In this document: positions 8,497-16,788 of the stretch, in pieces | Position numbering within the stretch: position 1 is the first letter of the stretch | Layout of the letters: each line of letters starts with the position of its first letter | Source: a virus | Taxonomy: Duplodnaviria > Caudoviricetes | Strand: one strand, 5' to 3' | DNA length: 42,310 nt | IMG/VR virus record: IMGVR_UViG_3300033076_000983 | Location: 1-42,310 of that record | The notes under the pieces: model-generated | The model's input: the letters and a program-made list of their open reading frames with translations, nothing else | The model's database searches: none | What the model was told of the DNA's origin: nothing | Program-made: the position numbers and the translations under genes

Positions 8497-8624
8497 CCTC
8501 ACACCAACCGCGCAACACCTCCAAATCTTACACCATAGATCGGTTAAAATAACTTAATAAATCTCACACCATAACCCGACCTCACGCCATTTCTTACACC
8601 AATTTTCGACCGCTTGGTGTGAGG
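8497..8624. repeat. Six iteron-like YCTYACRCCA motifs
   Basis: Copies at 8497, 8526, 8562, 8580 and 8592 (+), and an inverted copy at 8615-8624. Confidence 0.7.
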
Positions 8625-8659
8625 TTTTAGCCCTCAAAAATATGTCAAGAAATGCCCTC

Positions 8660-8688
8660 TTGCGTCGATATATGTCTCATGTTAGTAT
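8660..8688 (+). promoter_or_regulatory. Sigma70-type early promoter
   Basis: TTGCGT-17 bp-TAGTAT with extended -10 TG (8680-8681); AAGGAG RBS at ~8731 before the amidoligase. Confidence 0.7.
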
Positions 8689-8747
8689 ATGACTATAAAT
8701 CAAAAACCGAATGGCGCGAGCCATTACAAAAAGGAGTTTAAAAGATT

Positions 8748-10019
8748 ATGCCAAACCCAAACGACACGCCCGAAGCGATACCCGCGCCGAGTGTTGAAAC
8801 CGCGCAAAATATTGCGAGCCAAATAAGCACAGAAAGCGCGACACCCGTCACAACCACAAACTTTCAACGATTGCAAGAACCCGAGGATGAAACATTTTCA
8901 TGTGACTGTTGTTCTGAATCGCGCGCCCTTGACGATCGGCACATAGTGCAAAATGGCGACAGCGTTTGCATTGAGTGCATCGAAGAAAACTATTGTTTGT
9001 GTGAGTCTTGCGAGGATTATGTACCGACAGACGACACTAGAGGCGCATACAACCGACGAGGGCGACGCATGACGATTTGTGACTCATGTTTTAGCGATGA
9101 CTATTTCGTGTGTCAAGATTGCGACGAGACTTTCCACGTCGATAATTGGCACGATGGCGAATATTGCGCGAGTTGTTACGAGGAAAACCACAGCGAAGAA
9201 CACAGCGAACACATTCACAGCTACAGCCGCCGCATCAACGCGCCATTTTTGGGAATTGGAACAAATGGTAGTTTTGAGGAGATAATCACCGACCGAAGAA
9301 AAACGCTTTTTCTCGGCGTGGAACTAGAAGTCGAGAGTCAAAACCTAGTCAATGACGCTGAAACATGCGTTAATCTTTTCCCGCAGTACAACTACAACCC
9401 GCTAACCATTTTAAAAAAGGACGGAAGTTTGACCGCAGGTTTTGAAATAGTTTCATGCCCCGCCACGCTAGACGCGCACCGCAAATTGTGGCAAAAGTTT
9501 TTTGCTGAACGTCAAAAGGTGACTAGCTTAAAATCGCATGACACAAAAACATGTGGTCTGCATGTCCACGTTTCCCGCGCTCCGCTCTCACAAATGCAAA
9601 TCGCGAAAGTCGTTTTATTTTGTAATTCCGCACAAAATACCGCTTTCATCGAAGCATTAGCGCGAAGAAGTGCGTCGAATTATGCCCGTATAAAACCGAA
9701 GAAGGTACGCGATATATTCAACCGCGAAGACGGCATTTTATCGAACCCCGACCGATATGAAGCCGTTAACCTACAGAATGACGCAACAATCGAATTTAGG
9801 CTTTTTAGGGGAACACTCAAACCGGATACATTTTTTAGAACGCTCGAGTTTTGCGAAGCATTGATTTTGTTTTGCGCGCCTGCTGAAACAGGCTTAACAG
9901 ACGCGTTACATTGGGAGAAGTTTAGCGCATGGCTAACGGCAGACTTTGACCGCACAGCGCGCTATTCTAAATTGGTCGCATGGCTCGCAAATTACACAAC
10001 CGAAACGAAACCAGAATGA
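8748..10019 (+). CDS. Putative amidoligase (COOH-NH2 ligase type 2) with N-terminal multi-CxxC Zn-ribbon region
   Basis: GVELEVE, DGSL..GFEIVS, TCGLHVHVS, RYEAVN and TIEFRLF motifs; six CxxC pairs in the N-terminal ~150 aa. Confidence 0.85.
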   Translation: MPNPNDTPEAIPAPSVETAQNIASQISTESATPVTTTNFQRLQEPEDETFSCDCCSESRALDDRHIVQNGDSVCIECIEENYCLCESCEDYVPTDDTRGAYNRRGRRMTICDSCFSDDYFVCQDCDETFHVDNWHDGEYCASCYEENHSEEHSEHIHSYSRRINAPFLGIGTNGSFEEIITDRRKTLFLGVELEVESQNLVNDAETCVNLFPQYNYNPLTILKKDGSLTAGFEIVSCPATLDAHRKLWQKFFAERQKVTSLKSHDTKTCGLHVHVSRAPLSQMQIAKVVLFCNSAQNTAFIEALARRSASNYARIKPKKVRDIFNREDGILSNPDRYEAVNLQNDATIEFRLFRGTLKPDTFFRTLEFCEALILFCAPAETGLTDALHWEKFSAWLTADFDRTARYSKLVAWLANYTTETKPE

Positions 10020-10192
10020 TTTACATAATTAATAAAGGAGTGCATACACTTTTAAAAACGCATGATTATACCCGCGCACGTATTTTTTACCGCTCGCGGG
10101 TGAATTGTCGGCGCGGGTATGACACTCGCCCGATTAAGTTACTAGTAAAATTTGAGCTTTCGAACAAAATATACAAAATAAAAGAGGATTAA
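10016..10192 (+). CDS. Small basic hypothetical protein
   Basis: MIYIINKGVHTLLKTHDY... ATGA-coupled to the amidoligase stop. Confidence 0.45.
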   Translation: MIYIINKGVHTLLKTHDYTRARIFYRSRVNCRRGYDTRPIKLLVKFELSNKIYKIKED

Positions 10193-10196
10193 AAAA

Positions 10197-10991
10197 ATGT
10201 GCCTAGCAATCTACAAACCAAAAAATGCAACCCTTTCAAAACAACATTTAAAAAACGGCTTCAAGGCTAACGATGACGGCGCGGGATTCGTTATCTCTGA
10301 CGGCTCTAAGCTGATGACTTACAAAGGCTTTTTCGATTTTGACAGCTTCTACCACAGTTTTAAACCCTACAATCGCGCAGGAGTTTCCGCGCTTGTTCAT
10401 TTTCGTTTTGCAACGCATGGCGCGATCAGTGCGGAAAATTGCCACCCGTTCAGCATCTCGGAAGACTTGAGCGCGATACATAATGGCGTCTTAGCTTGGC
10501 GATCAACTGACAAGGAATCAGACACCGCTTGTTTTATCGCAGACACCATGCGCCCGCTTGGCGAGTGCGGAATTGAACTATTTAAGCATCCCGCCTATAG
10601 GCTTTTAGTGGAAAAGGCAATCGGTGAACACAATAAAATTGCTTTGCTTTCAGCTTGTGGCGAAGTCGTTTTATTTAATGAGCACAAAGGCGGAGCACAT
10701 TGGGCGTATGGCGTTTGGTGGTCAAATCGTGGCTATGAAGGCTACTATTATCCATACGAAGACGAAGCGCGCCCGTCAACGTGGGCAGAGAAACGCGCGG
10801 GAGCTTGGGACATAGAAAGTGATAGTTTTCCCGACTATGTACCCGCAGACGAAGCATTATGCTCACATTGTTTCGCAGAGTTCCACGAAGACGGCGAACT
10901 AGAACACGTTGACGCGGATATAGCCCTGGACGGATTCTGCGCGTATTGCAACTGCAAATTGCCAATATTGGACGATCATCCCGTCATTTAA
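10197..10991 (+). CDS. Class II (Ntn) glutamine amidotransferase with C-terminal Zn ribbon
   Basis: N-terminal M-C nucleophile, NDDGAG, HFRFATHG, NCHPF, HNGV, SDT; CSHC...CAYC tail. Confidence 0.9.
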   Translation: MCLAIYKPKNATLSKQHLKNGFKANDDGAGFVISDGSKLMTYKGFFDFDSFYHSFKPYNRAGVSALVHFRFATHGAISAENCHPFSISEDLSAIHNGVLAWRSTDKESDTACFIADTMRPLGECGIELFKHPAYRLLVEKAIGEHNKIALLSACGEVVLFNEHKGGAHWAYGVWWSNRGYEGYYYPYEDEARPSTWAEKRAGAWDIESDSFPDYVPADEALCSHCFAEFHEDGELEHVDADIALDGFCAYCNCKLPILDDHPVI

Positions 10992-10995
10992 TCGC

Positions 10996-11049
10996 GCTCA
11001 ACTGATGAGGGGCAAAACTCCGAAACCCGCCGAAAGGCGGGTATTGAGC
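10996..11049 (+). ncRNA. Type I hammerhead ribozyme
   Basis: Stem I GCUCAA/UUGAGC; core CUGAUGA (11002-11008); stem II GGGG-CAAAA-CUCC; GAAA (11022-11025); stem III CCCGCC-GAAA-GGCGGG; GUA cleavage triplet (11041-11043). All conserved core nucleotides are present. Confidence 0.92.
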
Positions 11050-11120
11050 TTAAAAAATCGCGCTAAAATCGTTTTAGAGCGCACATCTAGACCCGCGCTT
11101 GACGTGGGGAAAGGGGAAAA

Positions 11121-11351
11121 ATGATCGTCGTCAAAGGTGGTCGCGTCTATGATTCGACAGTCATTGACGCGGGTGAAAAAATAGGGGTGTCAGTGTTCTT
11201 GAATGGCTTTCAGTTCAAGTATAGAGGCGCAGAGCGCGACGAATTGGGGCAGATAACAGGACGAGGCATCGAAAAAATAATTCGGCATGCAATCGACGAA
11301 ATCGAAACGGCGGAAAAAGTCGCGGAGATTCTAACTAGGGGAGAAATATGA
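11121..11351 (+). CDS. Small hypothetical early protein
   Basis: 76 aa ORF with a purine-rich RBS. Confidence 0.6.
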   Translation: MIVVKGGRVYDSTVIDAGEKIGVSVFLNGFQFKYRGAERDELGQITGRGIEKIIRHAIDEIETAEKVAEILTRGEI

Positions 11352-11440
11352 CAATCAGAGAAAAGATAGAGATTTACATTGTATTTTGCGCTTTCATCGG
11401 TGCTTGTTTTGCTTTGTTCGTACTCGATGACGGGAAATAA
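11348..11440 (+). CDS. 30-aa membrane mini-protein
   Basis: MTIREKIEIYIVFCAFIGACFALFVLDDGK; ATGA-coupled with a GGGGAG RBS. Confidence 0.5.
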   Translation: MTIREKIEIYIVFCAFIGACFALFVLDDGK

Positions 11441-11448
11441 TCAGCACA

Positions 11449-11480
11449 CGCGGAGCGGGAGAAATCCCGCCCGCGCTTTT
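11449..11480 (+). terminator. Hairpin/terminator-like element
   Basis: CGCGG-A-GCGGGA-GAAA-UCCCGC-CCGCG followed by CUUUU. Confidence 0.5.
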
Positions 11481-11570
11481 GCCGGTTATTTTTCGAGCGC
11501 AAAAAATTTTTAAAATTTCCGCTCCGGTTAATTTCTAAACGGACGGACAAAACAACGGAGAAAAAATAAA

Positions 11571-11789
11571 ATGATGACCAAAAAAGATTTCATCGCGCTT
11601 GCAGATGCTTTGCGTGAAACTTTAATCCAAGCGACGGACGAAAACGGAAGCGACCTCGTAAACCGCGAAGACGTAATTGATGACCTTGTAGATTTTTGCA
11701 AGCAACAAAATCCAAATTTCATGGAGAACAGATGGCGCGATTATCTCGCGGGAAATTGTGGAAAAAACGGAGGAGCAATCCGAAAATGA
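11571..11789 (+). CDS. Small hypothetical early protein
   Basis: MTKKDFIALADAL...FCKQQNPNF..RW pattern, seen in small phage early proteins; GGAG RBS. Confidence 0.7.
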   Translation: MMTKKDFIALADALRETLIQATDENGSDLVNREDVIDDLVDFCKQQNPNFMENRWRDYLAGNCGKNGGAIRK

Positions 11790-11905
11790 GAATGAAAGTC
11801 GATCACGATTTAGAATTTACGGGCGCGTGCATTTTAGAAAATGTGCCCGTGAATGTGGAACGGCTTACCCGTTGGCTTTTGTGGGTTTTGTCCGTAACTG
11901 AGTAA
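11786..11905 (+). CDS. 39-aa mini-protein
   Basis: MRMKVDHDLEFTGACILENVPVNVERLTRWLLWVLSVTE; ATGA-coupled, GGAGG upstream. Confidence 0.45.
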   Translation: MRMKVDHDLEFTGACILENVPVNVERLTRWLLWVLSVTE

Positions 11906-11978
11906 ACCACAACCTGTACGGACGGGATAACTTTACCACTCGTACAGGTTGTGTCTCATTTTTTGTATAAAATAAGCA

Positions 11979-12006
11979 TAGACAGGCATAAAAATATCAA
12001 TATAAT
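11979..12006 (+). promoter_or_regulatory. Sigma70-type promoter for the replication operon
   Basis: TAGACA-16 bp-TATAAT. Confidence 0.65.
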
Positions 12007-12053
12007 CCTCAATACTTCACCATATCTAGAACTATTAAACGGACGGAGAAAAT

Positions 12054-12245
12054 ATGGAAATGATTGAACGAAATATTCCCGCGAGTAGGGCTGCTGCAGC
12101 GGTCGGATATTCACCGCGCTATTTAGTTATTTTGGCGCGTAAAGGAAAAGTCCCTGCAACTTTACGTGCAGGTTCGCGTTGGTTTTTCAATGTCGAAGAA
12201 TTAAAATCCTTTTTTGGGATGGTTCAGCCTGTAAAACCCCAATAA
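12054..12245 (+). CDS. Excisionase/MerR-like winged HTH DNA-binding protein
   Basis: AAAAVGYSPRYLVILARKGKVPA...GSRWFFNVEEL. Confidence 0.75.
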   Translation: MEMIERNIPASRAAAAVGYSPRYLVILARKGKVPATLRAGSRWFFNVEELKSFFGMVQPVKPQ

Positions 12246-12268
12246 AATAACGGACGGAGAAATAAAAC

Positions 12269-14389
12269 GTGATTCCAAAAGACAAGGCAGAAGCTATCAA
12301 AGCCTACGTTGAGGCAGGGTATATCCTTACTCCGCTCAACGGAAAAATTCCCACGAAAAAAGAATGGCAAAAAACTAAGTACGAAGTTTTTGACCCGAGC
12401 CATTTTCCAGGTAACTACGGCGTAGTTTTGCAGAAAGGGGATCTTGTCATTGACCTTGACCCACGCAACTATGAAAAAGGTGCGCCCCCGTGGACTAAAC
12501 TATTAAAAGAATTAGGGCTTGACCCAGAGATACACCGAAGAACGTTTTTTGTCCAAACCGGTGGCGGTGGCGCACATATTTATTTCAAAATCCCAGAAGA
12601 TGCGGAAATAGTACCGGGGCTTCCCGTATTTAAAGGCATGGAGTTTAAAACCGCAGGAAACCAGGTTGTAGGGGCTTGGTGTATCCACACATCTGGTAAA
12701 CCCTACGAACCTAAAGCTAATTCTCCAAAGCAGGTAATTCAGCTTCCAGACGCAATTCTACAGCGAATTTTAGCCAAGAACGTGCCTAAAGCCCTAGTAG
12801 AAGCCCCAAAAGAGGCCGTTATAGACGAGTCTCAGCAAACAATCGACCGATTTACCGACTTTTGCAAAAATAAGGCGCAAATCGCCATTGAAGGGCAAAA
12901 CGGGGATAAGACCACCCTGCTTGTTGCTATGACAGGGAAAGACATGGGGCTTACGCAGCAAAAAACGGCTGAAATCATGCTTGATCACTACAATCCACGT
13001 TGCACACCCCCGTGGAATCCGGGGGACTTGATTGTGAAAGTGGATAACGCGTTCCGGTACGGTAATCAACCCCAGGGTATTGACTCGCCCTCGGCATCTT
13101 TCGATGCCATTGTTGACCCGGCCGGAGCGCCTTCTTTCCAGAGGAAGAAAAACGGAGAAATAATCCCCGGCATACAAAATGCAATTTTACTGCTTACGCA
13201 CCCAAAAAGTCCTATGTTTAACGCACTTGCGTTTAACGAGTTTACGCAGCAAGTTTCTATTGTTAAACCTCTCCCGTGGGCAGGAAGAAAAGGTAACCCC
13301 CCTCCTTGCGGATGGGATTGGACGGACAACGATACTGTACTTTTTAGAGGTTGGTGCGCGGGGCATAGAACGTACCCAGTGGATTTCAATCTGTCAACTA
13401 TCTACGATGCAGTCGTCAACGCAGCGCACTTACAACTTTCTCACCCCGTTCGCGGGTACCTAAACGCGATTGCATGGGACGGACGTCCTCGGCTAGACAC
13501 TTGGCTTACAAAATATTGTGGAGTTAAGGATTCTGCCTATGCTCGAGCAGTCGGAGCTAAAACCCTTATGGCCGCATGTGCGAGAGTTTTTCAACCGGGG
13601 GTTAAATTCGACACGATGCTTATTCTGGAAGGTGAACAAGGTATAGGAAAATCAAGACTGATTAAGACACTCGGAGGGGATTGGTATGCAGATATTGTTA
13701 TTGACCCGCATAATAAAGATACGCTTTCAGTTATGCGTGGTAAATGGATTATTGAGGTTTCTGAAATGGTGCATAATCGTAAACAGGAAGCTGACGCCGT
13801 TAAGTCGTTTTTATCTAAAGGCGAAGACGTTGGTAGAGCGAGTTATGCACGAATTGCTACAACCGTGCCACGACAGTCAATCTTTATTGGAACTATCAAT
13901 CCTGAAGGAGAATATCTCAAAGACTCAACGGGAAATCGTCGCTCCTGGCCAGTATACACTCGACAGATAAATGTTGAGGGAGTCGCCAATGTTCGCGATC
14001 AGTTGTTTGCGGAGGCTCTTGCCCGATGGCGTGCAGGTGAGTCTCTCTATCTCGACAAAGCCGAAGTCGAAGAAGAAGCGCAACTCGAACAAATAAAGAG
14101 AATGATCGTTGATGATTGGCAAGAACGGATCGAAAACTGGCTTGAGAAAAATGAAAATGATAAAAAAGTTTTTGCTACAACTGGAGTAGATATTTTTGTA
14201 CGGGCGATTAAAGGTGAGTTGCGCCACTACCAAGCCAAAGAGCAGCGAAGAATAGGGATGGTTATGCGCGCGCTTAAATGGAGAAGCGATGTTTTTTATG
14301 ATTCCGTTGTGGGGAAAACTCGACGTGGATATATACGTCCAGGGTATGAACTCGACAATGGAATAGAACCGGAACAAGAGATAAATTAG
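12269..14389 (+). CDS. Bifunctional primase-polymerase fused to a VapE-like SF3-type helicase
   Basis: N-terminal prim-pol motifs NYGV, VIDLD and TGGGGAHIYF; C-terminal Walker A GEQGIGKS, FIGTIN, LKDSTGNRR. Confidence 0.9.
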   Translation: MIPKDKAEAIKAYVEAGYILTPLNGKIPTKKEWQKTKYEVFDPSHFPGNYGVVLQKGDLVIDLDPRNYEKGAPPWTKLLKELGLDPEIHRRTFFVQTGGGGAHIYFKIPEDAEIVPGLPVFKGMEFKTAGNQVVGAWCIHTSGKPYEPKANSPKQVIQLPDAILQRILAKNVPKALVEAPKEAVIDESQQTIDRFTDFCKNKAQIAIEGQNGDKTTLLVAMTGKDMGLTQQKTAEIMLDHYNPRCTPPWNPGDLIVKVDNAFRYGNQPQGIDSPSASFDAIVDPAGAPSFQRKKNGEIIPGIQNAILLLTHPKSPMFNALAFNEFTQQVSIVKPLPWAGRKGNPPPCGWDWTDNDTVLFRGWCAGHRTYPVDFNLSTIYDAVVNAAHLQLSHPVRGYLNAIAWDGRPRLDTWLTKYCGVKDSAYARAVGAKTLMAACARVFQPGVKFDTMLILEGEQGIGKSRLIKTLGGDWYADIVIDPHNKDTLSVMRGKWIIEVSEMVHNRKQEADAVKSFLSKGEDVGRASYARIATTVPRQSIFIGTINPEGEYLKDSTGNRRSWPVYTRQINVEGVANVRDQLFAEALARWRAGESLYLDKAEVEEEAQLEQIKRMIVDDWQERIENWLEKNENDKKVFATTGVDIFVRAIKGELRHYQAKEQRRIGMVMRALKWRSDVFYDSVVGKTRRGYIRPGYELDNGIEPEQEIN

Positions 14390-14400
14390 GAAAGTGGGAA

Positions 14401-15030
14401 ATGAAAAACGATAAGCTCAATGCAGACCACCTAAAAAATGTAATTAAGATTCTAAACGATTCTCCTGTCGATGATGATTCGACAGCTCCAGATAGCATCA
14501 AGACCCCAGAAGAAATAGCGAAGGAGCTGGTTATGAAGGTAATGCGTTGGGAAGGAATAACGCAAATGCAATTTGATACTGCCGAAAAACAGAAGCTATT
14601 TAATGAGAATTTAGATCATCTGTGTCTTTCTTTTATCGAGTTGTTTAACGAGTTATCCGCTGAACGCAACGCAAACCTAGAGAAGATCAAAGAGCTTGAG
14701 AAGCAAGTTGCTGATTTAAAATTCTTTGATATTGGAAATCTTAAAGCCGAGCTATCCACCGCCAATGCGAAGATCGTGGAACTTGAATTAAAATTTGCTT
14801 CCAACGATGGATTTTGGAAAGGGGTTGATTCTGCCAATGAAGAACTAAAACAAAGGCTATCCACCGCAAACAAGAAGACTGAGAAACTCGTTGAGGCGTT
14901 GGAGAAAGCAAAAACCTACATTCAGGATTGGGCTTCTTACGCAGATAAATACTTCCAAGAAAAGCATGGGCTTGAGGATGACTTGGCTGAAATTGAACAG
15001 GCTATCAAAGAATTTAGAGGTGAGGAATGA
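14401..15030 (+). CDS. Coiled-coil hypothetical protein
   Basis: Heptad-rich; internal duplication LSTANAK/LSTANKK. Confidence 0.65.
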   Translation: MKNDKLNADHLKNVIKILNDSPVDDDSTAPDSIKTPEEIAKELVMKVMRWEGITQMQFDTAEKQKLFNENLDHLCLSFIELFNELSAERNANLEKIKELEKQVADLKFFDIGNLKAELSTANAKIVELELKFASNDGFWKGVDSANEELKQRLSTANKKTEKLVEALEKAKTYIQDWASYADKYFQEKHGLEDDLAEIEQAIKEFRGEE

Positions 15031-15131
15031 ATAACATGCTTATACCAATGATACTTTGTTTAATAGGAATGCTTCTTTGTTTTATAAATATGATCCTGAT
15101 AAGAATTGCGGAAGCATTGGAGAACAAATGA
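15027..15131 (+). CDS. 34-aa membrane mini-protein
   Basis: MNNMLIPMILCLIGMLLCFINMILIRIAEALENK; ATGA overlaps at both ends. Confidence 0.5.
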   Translation: MNNMLIPMILCLIGMLLCFINMILIRIAEALENK

Positions 15132-15307
15132 AACCTATTGATACATACTGTTTATTCGTGCTTTTTATTCTTTCTATCATAATTGGCTCTATACACATGT
15201 TAGAAAAGCGTATGCAGTATAACGAAATCGCCAAAGTTATTCGGCGCGAGTTAAAAGTCGCAATGAATAATCCGGAATTTGCACAACTACTGAGAGAAAA
15301 AGAATGA
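15128..15307 (+). CDS. Small single-TM protein
   Basis: MKPIDTYCLFVLFILSIIIGSIHM...; GGAG RBS; ATGA-coupled. Confidence 0.6.
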   Translation: MKPIDTYCLFVLFILSIIIGSIHMLEKRMQYNEIAKVIRRELKVAMNNPEFAQLLREKE

Positions 15308-15480
15308 AACCTACAGAAGAACAACTAAAAAGACTCGCGGATTGCATCGGGGATGACGAGAAATTTCATTCCGTTTTTGATGCTATTTTAGAGGAAAGAT
15401 TGATGGAACTAGACCCAGAATGGATGAAAGCAATGTCGAAACTTTATACGAAAAGTGGCATGTTTAGGTTTTTTGCATGA
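15304..15480 (+). CDS. 58-aa hypothetical protein
   Basis: MKPTEEQLKRLADCIGDDEKFHSVFDAILEE...; fills the gap with ATGA overlaps at both ends. Confidence 0.6.
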   Translation: MKPTEEQLKRLADCIGDDEKFHSVFDAILEERLMELDPEWMKAMSKLYTKSGMFRFFA

Positions 15481-16787
15481 ATCCATTTCCATATCAACAG
15501 GAAGGCGTGGAGTTTTTAACCTCTCGCAAGTCCACCTTACTCGCGGACGTGCCAGGGCTTGGAAAAACGTGTCAGGCGATTCTTGCGTGTAAAAAGTTAA
15601 ATGCTTTACGCGTCGTCGTTATTTGTCCTGCAGGTCTTAGAAAAAATTGGCAACGTGAGTTCAATATTTGGTGGCCAGGGAGAAATATACAGATTGTAGA
15701 GAAAGGAACCGATCATATTGGAAGATACACGGAGGTACTTATCGTTTCTTACGACCTCATATCCCGAGGATTCGAACCCGGGTGCCCGAACGCTGTATTA
15801 AGGGGAACCATGTTCTACAAATACGATGTCGGTATCTTTGACGAAGCCCATTACATGAAAGATAGAACGTCGCTACGAACAAAAGCAGTTTTGATGAAAG
15901 ACGCTCTCATAAGTCGATGCAACTATAAATTTTTTCTGACAGGTACGCCTGTTATTAATCGCCCAGTAGAGCTTTACCCAATGATGAAAGCGTGCGTACC
16001 GGAGGCGATCTATCCATATGACACATACAGAAAGTTCGGTGATCGATTTTGTGGGGGGCACATAGGACGATGGAACGAATATTGGGACAGGGGCGCCACT
16101 AATGTTGAAGATTTAGCGGAACGTCTCGAAAAGTCCGGATTCATGCTTAGGAGAGAAAAGAAAGATGTGCTCCCGCAATTACCCGAAAGATTTTTGCAAT
16201 TGATTTCGCTCGATTTAACCGATGATGCGAAACCTTTAGTTAAGAAAGAATTTGAACTTGATAAAAAGTACCGTGCCCTCGGACAAATGCCCCCAATGGA
16301 GGAAATGTCAGTTATACGGCACGATTTAGCACGAGCAAAAATGCCGTCTATTTTAGAGTACGTGCGCGACACGCTTGAGTCAAAGCAGAAGGTAGTTATC
16401 TTCGCGCACCATAGGGATATTATCGAGGGGCTGATGTATGGACTTAAAAATTTTGGGCGAGTCAAGATTGACGGTTCAACGCCCATGCAGGTTCGGGAAA
16501 GTTCGGTACAGACGTTTCAGCAAGATCCTAACTGCCGAATTTTTGTAGGACAAATACAAGCGGCCGGTACAGGAATTACGTTAACCGCTTCTGACCATGT
16601 AATTTTTGCGGAATTAAGTTGGGTTCCGGGGGAAGTCAACCAATGTATTGATCGTACACACAGAATTGGGCAAACCAAAAATGTCACGGCGCAGTTCCTC
16701 GTCGCGGCAGGTTCACTTGAGGAACAGATGGTAAAACAGTTGGTGGACAAAACTCTTGTCATCAACAAACTGATTAACGGAGGATAA
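15477..16787 (+). CDS. SNF2-family (SF2) helicase
   Basis: PYQQEG, ADVPGLGKT, DEAH, LTGTP, GTGITLT, QCIDRTHRIGQ. Confidence 0.92.
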   Translation: MNPFPYQQEGVEFLTSRKSTLLADVPGLGKTCQAILACKKLNALRVVVICPAGLRKNWQREFNIWWPGRNIQIVEKGTDHIGRYTEVLIVSYDLISRGFEPGCPNAVLRGTMFYKYDVGIFDEAHYMKDRTSLRTKAVLMKDALISRCNYKFFLTGTPVINRPVELYPMMKACVPEAIYPYDTYRKFGDRFCGGHIGRWNEYWDRGATNVEDLAERLEKSGFMLRREKKDVLPQLPERFLQLISLDLTDDAKPLVKKEFELDKKYRALGQMPPMEEMSVIRHDLARAKMPSILEYVRDTLESKQKVVIFAHHRDIIEGLMYGLKNFGRVKIDGSTPMQVRESSVQTFQQDPNCRIFVGQIQAAGTGITLTASDHVIFAELSWVPGEVNQCIDRTHRIGQTKNVTAQFLVAAGSLEEQMVKQLVDKTLVINKLINGG

Positions 16788-16788
16788 A

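Noticed and set aside
8620-8648. Leftward promoter from a perfect TTGACA on the minus strand (8648-8643)
   Set aside because: No acceptable -10 hexamer at 16-18 bp spacing.
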